The position numbers and the translations under genes were made by a program. A stretch of DNA of 64,000 nt from an uncultured Acidobacteriaceae bacterium (GTDB lineage Bacteria; Acidobacteriota; Terriglobia; Terriglobales; Acidobacteriaceae), in assembly GCA_963699875.1 (NCBI GenBank), contig CAVOVN010000011.1, forward strand, positions 6,744-70,743. The letters run 5' to 3'. Position 1 is the first letter of the stretch. Every line of letters begins with the position of its first letter. The notes beneath the pieces were generated by a model, which did no database searches, was not told the DNA's origin, and saw only the letters and a list, made by a program, of their open reading frames with translations. Shown here piece by piece: positions 55,394 through 63,974 of this stretch.

Positions 55394-57559
55394 ATGAAAT
55401 CGCAGATTCCTAATCGTCACACCTGCTCTCTTTTCGTCCGTTGTCACGGGTTTGACCACACATTACGTGTCTCGCTTGCTGTTGTCTTCGCTTTGCTTTC
55501 CATGGTGGGTAGTATGTTTGGTCAGGAGAGTCCCCGCGTATTAGCGGGCAGCACCCCAGGTGTAGTTGCTCAAGGCAAGGATATTGGCCCGGAAGACCCT
55601 GAAAAACAAATTGAGATTACCGTCGTCCTGCAGCGCCGCAACGAGCCTGGGTTTCAGCAGGTTCTGCAGCAGCTCTACACTCCAGGCTCGCCTATCTTTC
55701 ACCAATGGCCGACAATGGCACAATACGTCGCAAACTTTGCGCCCAGCCCTGCCGATGTGAAAATCGTCAGTGACTTCCTTTATTCACGTGGCTTGAGCGT
55801 TTCCCGCAGCGACGACTTCAACGCTTATATTGTGGCTGAGGGCACGGTCGCTGACGTCCAGAATGCCTTTCACGTTCAGATCAACCAGTTCGACCTTGAT
55901 GGCAAAATATATCGCGCGAATGTCGGCGAGCTCGTGCTGGACGGTACCATTTCCGCACTCGTCTCAACGGTGCGGGGACTCGACAACATTGGGTTCGAAT
56001 CGCACGTTCGACAACCCGTCAGCCCGTCAACCGGCCTGCCGGCGGCGCCCATTCCGATCGATGAGTTGACTCCCGGCGGGTTTATCAACTCGTGTTTTGG
56101 AGTCTCCGAAGAGGACACTTTCCACACGCACAGCTACTGGCCTTTCTTTAATTACACGGGTCAGAAATACGATGCGAACGCCTGGAATCTCTCCGGCGGA
56201 ACACGATGTGCATATACGCCGCATCAGGTGCAGGACGGGTACGGTCTTACTGGCGTATACAGTGCCGGCAACGACGCACACTATCAGGGAATCGGCATCG
56301 TGGTGGCCTACGGCTCGCCGACGATCATTGCGGATGAAAGCTATTTTGCCAGCTACTACGGACTTACTCTTCCTAGGATGGATATTCACTTTTCAGGCAA
56401 TCCTCCTCTGAATGTAGATTGGGCGCTCGAAACGACGCTGGATGTGGAGTATGCCAGTGCCATGGCGCCGGGCGCGCTTATCGACCTGTGGATCGCCTCT
56501 GATCCGTCGTCCCTCCCCACAACGCTGCTCGACGCTGTTCAGCACCACTGCGACGATGCGCCATGCGATAACCAGATCTCTAGCAGTTGGGGTAGTCCCG
56601 AAAGCTTGCATAGCGCGAGCGATCTGAATTTCGTGGACAGTGTGGCGCAGCAAGCCAGCCTCCTTGGCATCTCGCTGCAATTCAGCTCGGGCGACGATGG
56701 AGATTTCCAGAAGGCAACCGGCAAGGTCGACGTCAGCACACCGGCAAGCGATCCATGGGTAACCGCCGTCGGCGGAACCTCGCTGGTAATGAATAGCGAC
56801 GACAGCATCTTATTCCAGACGGGTTGGGGCACGAACCTCACTGAAATCGCCAACCAGTCATTCGCAGACGATCCGCCGGTGCATTTTGGCTTTCGGGCAG
56901 GTGCAGGCGGTGGAACGAGCCGCGTCTTCATAGGAAAGCTATGGCAGCAAGGATGTTTCGGGGTAACCGTATCTTGCGGGAAGCCCGGGGTACATCGCAC
57001 CGTACCGGATATTGCTCTACTAGCCGATCCCTATACCGGCGTGCAAGTCATACACACGCAAGGCTACGACAGCCACAATAGTAAATTCGTGATGGATGTT
57101 ACCGGCGGCACAAGTCTTGCTACGCCCATGTTTAGCGGCGTGTGGGCCCTGGCCAACGAATACTATGCCGATAAGATCGTGAATCAGTATGGAGCTTCGC
57201 TCGGCGTGGCAAGTGTCTACGGCTATTGGGACCAGAAATACTACCCAGCGGCCGTAAAAGACATCAGCGAGAGCAGCTTTTCAAATAGAGAAGCCTATAA
57301 CGTCACGGGCTGCGAGCATCGGTTGTTCAAGAAAGGCTGTCATCCAAACTATTCGCCGAACTACTTGATCGATGCGACCGCTCCCTTCATTAGCGCGATT
57401 ATGGCAGAAGAGCCTAATGCACCAAGAAATTGGTATGTACTAGGCTTTGGTACCGATTCATCGTTGCATACGGGCGCTGGGTGGGATCCTGTGACGGGAG
57501 TAGGTGTTCCCAACGGAATGCAATACCTAACAGGGATTGCGAAGTATTATCATCACTAA
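55394..57559 (+). CDS. S53 family (sedolisin/kumamolisin-like) serine peptidase with pro-kumamolisin activation domain
   Basis: N-terminal propeptide pattern (ITVVLQRRN...FHQWPTMAQYVANFAPSPADV...LSVS). Catalytic GGTSLATPMFSGVWAL. AGAGGAGG upstream. Confidence 0.9.
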   Translation: MKSQIPNRHTCSLFVRCHGFDHTLRVSLAVVFALLSMVGSMFGQESPRVLAGSTPGVVAQGKDIGPEDPEKQIEITVVLQRRNEPGFQQVLQQLYTPGSPIFHQWPTMAQYVANFAPSPADVKIVSDFLYSRGLSVSRSDDFNAYIVAEGTVADVQNAFHVQINQFDLDGKIYRANVGELVLDGTISALVSTVRGLDNIGFESHVRQPVSPSTGLPAAPIPIDELTPGGFINSCFGVSEEDTFHTHSYWPFFNYTGQKYDANAWNLSGGTRCAYTPHQVQDGYGLTGVYSAGNDAHYQGIGIVVAYGSPTIIADESYFASYYGLTLPRMDIHFSGNPPLNVDWALETTLDVEYASAMAPGALIDLWIASDPSSLPTTLLDAVQHHCDDAPCDNQISSSWGSPESLHSASDLNFVDSVAQQASLLGISLQFSSGDDGDFQKATGKVDVSTPASDPWVTAVGGTSLVMNSDDSILFQTGWGTNLTEIANQSFADDPPVHFGFRAGAGGGTSRVFIGKLWQQGCFGVTVSCGKPGVHRTVPDIALLADPYTGVQVIHTQGYDSHNSKFVMDVTGGTSLATPMFSGVWALANEYYADKIVNQYGASLGVASVYGYWDQKYYPAAVKDISESSFSNREAYNVTGCEHRLFKKGCHPNYSPNYLIDATAPFISAIMAEEPNAPRNWYVLGFGTDSSLHTGAGWDPVTGVGVPNGMQYLTGIAKYYHH

Positions 57560-57967
57560 ATACCAACCGGGTGCACGAACAGCACTCCGGTTCTCCCCGC
57601 CCAGCCGCAGTCTGGTTGGGCGGGGGGCCATGGGCCTCTCACCTCGAGCGTCGCGAGAACCTCAATACCTGGGCACGAGGGCTGTCAAACCTCCATCACC
57701 ATTGATATTGATCCAGGCGGGGCTTTGATTGTTCGACGAGCATCGGTACAACCGGGGCCGCCGAGGCTTCCAGCCAATCACCCATTCGGGCCTTCCGCCC
57801 CGGTACGGCCCTACTTTTCCTCCGAATCCACAGCCTTCCACATCAATGCACCGAAAAGGGGCGTTGAAGCCGCCCGCAGACGGGTCTATTGTCCGAGAGT
57901 CGGGACGAGTCACACCCCATTAACTTCGCGGACGATAACCGCCGTGATGCCCCTAACGGGTGTAAAA

Positions 57968-58019
57968 TAACAATATGTGGTAGTAGCCTCTTGACATCCA
58001 CAATATGCGGGAGTAATGT
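57968..58019 (+). promoter_or_regulatory. putative nrdJ promoter overlapped by two NrdR-box-like sites
   Basis: TTGACA (57991-57996), 17-nt spacer, TAATGT (58014-58019). ACAATATGTGG is centred near 57975 and CACAATATGCGG near 58005, 30 bp apart. Each matches about 10/16 of acaCwAtATaTwGtgt. Confidence 0.45.
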
Positions 58020-60278
58020 TCGCTTCCACAGGGTATTCCGGAGCCTTCGTTTGGTTCTTCTCCTCCTGAGCGAAAGCCGCCCGGAACCAGAGGTGAATCA
58101 GGGACTTAGGTGGCTGGGCTCGATTCCTCCCGAGCACGGCCAGGGCCAAGGGCCAGATCGGTTGAATTAGCAGGTAATCGTGCCGGCCTCATGCAGGCCG
58201 GCGGGCCGAAAGCCGAGTCGAATCCTAGAAATAAGGAGAGAAATAAGGTCGGCGTTCGGTGTTCCTTTCCAAGTCAGCTAACCAACGTTGCCGGGAGTGG
58301 GGTGACTCCCGGCGACTTTCCCTTACAGTCCGGCAACTCCGCAGGAGCGAGATCGTGCCCTGCGGAACTGGATGAGCACTCCGCACGTGTTCCTCCAGCA
58401 GTCGCGGTGACACCGGACCTAACGCACCGAGTGGGGGCTGCCTTCCCGGCCAGAAACCGGCCGACGGAGCAGCCCCCACCGCTTTGCGCGACGGGTAGTG
58501 CGGGCCTTTACGTGGCGTGGCACTGAGCAGGGTAGTGCGATAGACCTTTACGAGTCGCCGTTACGGAGACGATAGAGCTGACCTTTAGGTCCGCGTCGGG
58601 CAAGTGCGAAACAGTTCGAAGTCCCGTAGGGACGACAGATTAAAGCCCCGTCCTTCAGGACTGGGTAATCGACGACAGACTGTACCGCAATCATATCGAT
58701 CAGGAGTTTCCCATGGCCGACGTAACCACAACGACTAAAACCACGAGCGCTTCCACCACGGCAACTACGAAGAAAGCGCCCGGCCTCACCTTCAAACGTT
58801 TCTTCACCACCGCCGGCGTCTCGCCCTATGACGAGCTCGAGTGGGAGCTGCGCCTGGCCCAGATCACCGACGCCAAGGGCGGCGTGATCTTCGAGCAGAA
58901 GGACGTCGAGACTCCCAAGGACTGGTCGATGACGGCGACCAACATTGTCGCCTCGAAATATCTGCACGGCACGCTCGATACTCCCGAGCGCGAAACCGGC
59001 GTGCGCCAGCTCGTGTCGCGCGTAGCCGAAACCATTCGCGACTGGGGTGTCAACGGCGGATACTTCCGCACTCCCGACGACGCCGCCATCTTCCACGACG
59101 AGCTCGCCCACCTGCTGTTGCAGCAGAAGGCAGCGTTCAATTCGCCGGTATGGTTCAACGTGGGCTGCGATCGCATCGAGCCCAACTCCGACGCGCAGAA
59201 CTGGCACTGGAACGCCGCGGAGCAGAAGGTCGAATTCAGCGCCGTCGGTTACACCAAGCCGCAGTGCTCGGCCTGCTTCATCAACTCGGTCAACGATTCG
59301 CTCGACTCCATCCTGACGCTGGCCAAGACCGAAGGCATGCTCTTCAAGTGGGGATCGGGTACCGGCACCAACCTGTCGCCGCTGCGCTCGTCCACCGAGT
59401 CGCTCTCCGGCGGAGGCACCGCCTCAGGTCCGCTGAGCTTCATGAAAGGTTTCGACGCCTTCGCCGGCGTCATCAAGTCCGGAGGCAAGACCCGCCGCGC
59501 CGCCAAGATGGTCATCCTCAACGTCGACCATCCCGACGTCGTCGACTTCATCGAGTGCAAGCAGAAGGAAGAAGCCAAGGCCTGGGCGCTGATCGAGCAC
59601 GGCTACGACGGCTCGGGTCCCGACTCGGAAGCCTACTCGTCCATCTTCTTCCAGAACGCCAACAACTCGGTGCGCGTGACCGACGACTTCATGTACGAAG
59701 TTGTCCGCGACGGCGAGTTCTAGACCAAGTCGGTGAAGGACGGCCGCCCGGTGCACACCTTCAAGGCGCGCGACCTGCTGCGCAAGATTTCCGACGCAAC
59801 CTGGCACTGCGGCGATCCCGGAATGCAGTACGACACCACGACCAATCGCTGGCACACTTCGAAGAACACGGCGCGCATCAACGCGTCGAATCCCTGCAGC
59901 GAGTACATGTTCCTCGACGACTCGGCCTGCAACCTGGCGTCGCTCAACCTGCTCAAGTTCGCGCCCAACGGAACCTTCGACGTCGAAGCTTATCGCCACG
60001 CCTGCGCCGTCGTCATCACCGCGCAGGAGATCCTGGTCGACAACAGCGGCTATCCGACCGAAGCCATCTCGCGCAACTCGCACGACTATCGTCCGCTGGG
60101 ACTCGGCTACGCCAACCTGGGCGCGCTGCTCATGGCCGCGGGCCTGCCCTACGACTCCGATGCCGGACGCGACTACGCTGCCTGCGTCACCGCCATCATG
60201 TGCGGCGAAGCGTACTTGCAGTCGTCGAAGATCGCCGAACTCTGCCAGCCGCTGGCGCCCGCAACAGACAACTACGGC

Positions 60279-60319
60279 TGTCATCCTGAGCGAGGCGCGG
60301 AGCGACGAGTCGAAGGACC
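60279..60319 (+). repeat. GTCATCCTGAGCG... repeat copy inserted in frame in nrdJ
   Basis: GTCATCCTGAGCGAGGCGCGGAGCGACGAGTCGAAGGACCC, translated as [15 protein letters not shown] within the NrdJ frame. Confidence 0.8.
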
Positions 60320-61075
60320 CCTGACTACCCGCGACACGTTCTCCGGCGCCGCCTGTCCCGGCTGGTACGTCAATCGAGAGCCCTTCCTCGACGTCATCCG
60401 CATGCACCGCGCTTCGGTCAACAACATCAACAAGCACGAACGTTCCCGCGTCGCTCCTCGAAGCCAGCAAGGCTACCTGGGACGAAGCCCTCAAGCACGG
60501 CGAGCGCTTCGGATATCGCAACGCGCAGGTCACGGTGCTCGCGCCCACCGGCACCATCGGCTTCATGATGGACTGCGACACCACCGGCATCGAGCCTGAC
60601 CTGGCGCTGGTGAAGTACAAGAAGCTGGTTGGCGGCGGCATGATCAAGATCGTGAACAACACCGTCCCGGCCGCGCTCTTCAAGCTGGGATACACCAACG
60701 ACCAGACCAACGCCATCGTCAGCTACATCGACGCCACCGGAACCATCGAAGGCGCGCCCGCCATCAAGGACGAGCACCTCGCCGTCTTCGACTGCTCCTT
60801 CAAGCCGTCGAAGGGCACGCGCACCATTCACTACACCGGACACCTGCGCATGATGGCCGCCACCCAGCCGTTCATCTCGGGAGCGATCTCGAAGACCATC
60901 AACATGCCCGAGAACGCGACGGTCGAAGAAATTTCCGAAGCCTACATCCAGGCCTGGAAGCTCGGCCTGAAGGCGGTCGCCATCTATCGCGACGGATCGA
61001 AGAAGGCGCAGCCGCTCAGCTCCATGGGCTCCGCCACCGCCAAGTCGCAAAAAGGCGACGCACAATATTCGTCTG

Positions 61076-61121
61076 TGGGTGCCCCATCCTTGTCCGGGCT
61101 TCCCGGACAGGGTGGGATTCA
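61076..61121 (+). repeat. palindromic element inserted in frame in nrdJ
   Basis: GTGGGTGCCCCATCCTTGTCCGGGCTTCCCGGACAGGGTGGGATTC. The arms CCATCCTTGTCCGGG and CCCGGACAGGGTGGG are complementary. Confidence 0.6.
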
Positions 61122-61625
61122 GGAACCCGAAGACGAGCAGGCCGCGCCGCCCAAGGCCAACCGTCATCGCATGCCCGAGGAGCGGCTCTCCATCACGCAC
61201 AAGTTCAGCGTCGGCGGCCACGAAGGCTATCTCACCGTCGGCCTCTACAAAGACGGCATGCCCGGCGAGATCTTCATCACCATGGCCAAGGAAGGCTCGA
61301 CCGTCAGCGGCCTGATGGACAGCTTCGCCTGCGCCGTCTCCATCGGATTGCAGCACGGCGTGCCGCTCAAGCTGCTGTGCGAGAAGTTCGCCCACACCCG
61401 CTTCGAGCCCAGCGGCTGGAGCGGCAACCAGGACATCGGCTTCGCCAAGTCGATCATGGATTACATCTTCCGCTGGCTGCAGCTGCGCTTCCTCACCGGA
61501 CAGCAGCAGGCGCTCTTCGACGGCCTGCGTCCCAAGTACTTCGGAGCTCCGCCGGTCGGCGCTCCCGAAGAGGGCGGCCAGAAATCGTTCGGCGACTTCG
61601 TAGATCACGCCCACTCTTCCGATGT

Positions 61626-61664
61626 GTCATCCCGAGCGGAGCGCGAGCGGAGCCGAGGGACCTG
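61626..61664 (+). repeat. GTCATCC(C/T)GAGCG... repeat copy inserted in frame in nrdJ
   Basis: GTCATCCCGAGCGGAGCGCGAGCGGAGCCGAGGGACCTG, translated as SSRAERERSRGT just before the zinc-ribbon tail. Confidence 0.8.
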
Positions 61665-61834
61665 CAGTTTCTTCGCCGCGGCGCACATCCACGCTGCCGA
61701 CGCACTGAAAGAGCTGATCGACATGGGCGACGCCCCAACCTGCTCAACCTGCGGCGCAATCATGACGCGGAACGGAAGCTGCTACCGCTGCATGAGCTGC
61801 GGGAGCACGAGTGGGTGCAGCTGAATTGCAAAAG

Positions 61835-61860
61835 GGGGCTGCTCACATTGGAGCAGCCCC
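61835..61860 (+). terminator. hairpin after nrdJ
   Basis: GGGGCTGCTC-ACATTG-GAGCAGCCCC, starting 11 nt after the TGA. No T-run follows. Confidence 0.5.
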
Positions 61861-61968
61861 AACAGGAGGGGAGGGTCATCCCCCCGGATTTCAACATCTT
61901 CGCTGCGTATAATCGCAATGTAGTCCTATCATAGTTACCGGTATTTCTTCTTGCGTTGCTAACCGCTC

Positions 61969-62298
61969 ATGCTGCTCGATGAATCAAAGCTTTTGTTGTG
62001 TTTCCATTCTGGCGAATACGATCAGCTTCGTGTTGCCCTTCAATACTGGAGCATCTCCGCTGATGGCAAATCGTGGCTGAATGCGACACAGCCGTTGGCC
62101 GATGAGTTGGGTGTTCGCGTTGATCAACTGGCCGGGGTTCTGGCAGGAATAGCGCAAGGTTACGATCTGCGAACGCGGTGCGATGACTGCGGAATGCCCA
62201 GAGTTCTGACCAGCCGCACGTCTTTCCAGCAATCTTGGGAGGCTACATTTATCTGTTCCGAGTGCACATCCACTCGCACTCGTGAGCAGAGATTATAA
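61969..62298 (+). CDS. hypothetical protein with CxxC...CxxC zinc-ribbon-like motif
   Basis: 109 aa ORF in a low-GC region (CDDCG...CSEC). In the same frame as the next ORF, separated by one TAA. Confidence 0.4.
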   Translation: MLLDESKLLLCFHSGEYDQLRVALQYWSISADGKSWLNATQPLADELGVRVDQLAGVLAGIAQGYDLRTRCDDCGMPRVLTSRTSFQQSWEATFICSECTSTRTREQRL

Positions 62299-62310
62299 CT
62301 CCAGGCGAAA

Positions 62311-62691
62311 ATGGAAGAGCAAAATGCGTGGGCAACAGGCAGCATTCAGAACGAATGTGCCTCGAATCGGCCGTTTAACTACAGCACAATCGACTACTTC
62401 GATGCGGTGCTGGTGTACGCCATCATGCTCTCATCTGATTCTGCCTGTTCTAATGGGCAGATCGGAAGCATGTCGGAGTTGCGGCTCTGTCTGACCGATG
62501 AGCCCCTTCTCGATATCACTCGACGGCACTTTCGCCGGAGGATAATTCAGTTCTCACCTAGTACCCCTTTGGAGGCGATTGCTCCCAGGCAAGACAACAC
62601 CGGAAGGCTTTTCGTATTATCCAATGAGGAAATTGTGGCTGAGCAGACGACCTTGATGGTGATCTTTTCCTACAGTTTTTGGGGGACTTAG
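62311..62691 (+). CDS. hypothetical protein
   Basis: 126 aa ORF, in frame with the previous ORF. No family recognised. Confidence 0.35.
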   Translation: MEEQNAWATGSIQNECASNRPFNYSTIDYFDAVLVYAIMLSSDSACSNGQIGSMSELRLCLTDEPLLDITRRHFRRRIIQFSPSTPLEAIAPRQDNTGRLFVLSNEEIVAEQTTLMVIFSYSFWGT

Positions 62692-62799
62692 GTGAAATTA
62701 TGACACACAGGACTTGAATACGGATTACGAAGAAGCCATATCCGATCTATGGTGGATGCTGGCTGTCAATCTGAAAACATCGATATCTGAATGAACAGG

Positions 62800-63642
62800 T
62801 CAACTCCTACCAGCTACCATTTCCTGGCGCAGTAACCGCCTGCAGTCCTTACGTATTGATAAGTTTCGATCCCTCAGGTGCGCAACCTGATTTGGACGGT
62901 TGTGAAGAATGCGGCGGCCCTTTCCACGAAGCGGGAATACACCTCTAGACATGCGCTGAAACACCATCCCCGGTGACCTGATCGGGTCTGTGATCGTGCG
63001 ATCGCCGAGAAGTGGGAAGTTAACCCTCCCCTGAACTGGTCCGAAGATGAGCCGATGCTCACTACTCTTTAATAGCGTACTCCGGACCGGTGTGACCGGA
63101 TTCTCCCGTTGTAATGGAGTAAACACAGTGGAAATGAGGAATAAACCCCTGGCCAGTGCGCTCGTCCTATTCTTCCATATCGGCGTCACTGTCCTCTGAT
63201 CCTCGGGCTCGGGTGCATTGGGCTTAATGTCGCAGTAATGAAGTTTGGCGCGGTATAATACCATTCCACAAAGGTTTGCTTGCGGTTCGAAAATGTCCTC
63301 AAACGCCAAAACCAAATTGCCCAAGTCTTCCGCGGTAACCCAAGTCTTACCCGCAAGCTGGAAGATCCAATCATTCATTTCGGCATTGGTATGAATCTCA
63401 TCCAACAGTATGTAATAGTGCTGTATATCTAAGGACCAGCGGTCACCTGCCCCGTTCAGTTTCCATCTACCCCAATAGTCTCCATGTCGTGGAGACACAT
63501 GATTTTCTAGTTGATCAAGGGCGTCCTGTAGTGACGTGCCAGCCTGTCCTTCGTCTCCTCGCATATACCTCACTCTGTCCATTTGATAGTGATCTCCGTT
63601 GATCTCGTTGGTATAGTGCCGGTTCTCCAAACCCACTAACAC
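62800..63642 (-). CDS. hypothetical protein
   Basis: 280 aa open frame in a region of about 40-50% GC, where long random ORFs are unlikely. The N-terminal half is protein-like; the C-terminal half is Arg-rich and uncertain. Confidence 0.4.
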   Translation of the reverse strand: MLVGLENRHYTNEINGDHYQMDRVRYMRGDEGQAGTSLQDALDQLENHVSPRHGDYWGRWKLNGAGDRWSLDIQHYYILLDEIHTNAEMNDWIFQLAGKTWVTAEDLGNLVLAFEDIFEPQANLCGMVLYRAKLHYCDIKPNAPEPEDQRTVTPIWKNRTSALARGLFLISTVFTPLQRENPVTPVRSTLLKSSEHRLIFGPVQGRVNFPLLGDRTITDPIRSPGMVFQRMSRGVFPLRGKGRRILHNRPNQVAHLRDRNLSIRKDCRRLLRQEMVAGRS

Positions 63643-63731
63643 CAGTTTTTAGACGCTACCGTTCCGCCGGGTGCTGAGGCGAGCGTTCATTCCTTTTGTT
63701 GCAGCTAAGCTGTTGCTACTTTCCACCTTCA

Positions 63732-63974
63732 TCAATCCAGTCGTTCACGGCTTTGATATTGCTTTGCCAATAAAAATCTTCCGAGTATTCGGCTAAAATT
63801 CTTTTCCGATATCGCTCGATTAAAATGCTTGCGGGCGTGCTCATAGCCCGGTATGTGGAGACGTTTGATCATCTCAATGACGTCATTCTGCGACAACCCA
63901 CCCTCGACCAACATCGAAAGCAATCCCATGAGGCCATCTTTGGTAAGAAAATGTGTAAGGTTCAAATCTGACAC
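63732..63974 (-). CDS. hypothetical small protein
   Basis: 80 aa ORF in a low-GC region. No family recognised. Confidence 0.3.
   Translation of the reverse strand: MSDLNLTHFLTKDGLMGLLSMLVEGGLSQNDVIEMIKRLHIPGYEHARKHFNRAISEKNFSRILGRFLLAKQYQSRERLD

Larger units (their letters stand above)
58713..61824 (+). pseudogene. nrdJ: class II (adenosylcobalamin-dependent) ribonucleotide reductase NrdJ, interrupted by an in-frame TAG and a +1 frame shift as assembled
   Basis: Conserved segments: TATNIVASKYL, CSACFI, SNPCSEYMFLDDSACNLASLNL, APTGTIGFMMDCDTTGIEPD and the C-terminal zinc ribbon CSTCGAIMTRNGSCYRCMSCGSTSGCS. TAG at 59721-59723; frame change near 60438. Confidence 0.9.

Noticed and set aside
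58040-58200. Possible cobalamin riboswitch in the nrdJ leader (GGAACCAGAGGTGAATCAGGG resembles the GGGAA..GGTG.AA.TCC core).
   Set aside because: I could not find a B12 box (AGYCMGGAGACCKGCC-like) or the GCCACTG element downstream. B12 riboswitches normally repress B12-independent RNRs rather than nrdJ. Only cmsearch with RF00174 could revive this.
58225-58250. tRNA or tmRNA-like T-arm (GAGTCGAATCCTAG), plus GGCTCGATTCCTCCCGAGC at 58125.
   Set aside because: The flanking bases do not form a T-stem, and no acceptor or anticodon arms can be drawn. I found no convincing tRNA anywhere in the window.
59721-59723. TAG in nrdJ as programmed recoding (pyrrolysine or suppression).
   Set aside because: There is no pyl genes context and no downstream recoding structure that I can recognise. 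The window contains about ten other single-base defects, so a point error or mutation is far more economical.
58841-61614. Very long alternative-frame and antisense ORFs over nrdJ (58841..60289 +, 59424..60716 -, 60427..61614 -). Similar ORFs lie over other genes (18941..20041 -, 29075..29938 -, 38383..39156 -, 22875..23732 -, 25056..25823 +, 3215..4093 +, 35045..35761 +).
   Set aside because: They are Arg/Gly/Ala/His-rich translations typical of shadow frames in high-GC DNA, and each overlaps a gene with unmistakable conserved motifs on the other frame or strand.
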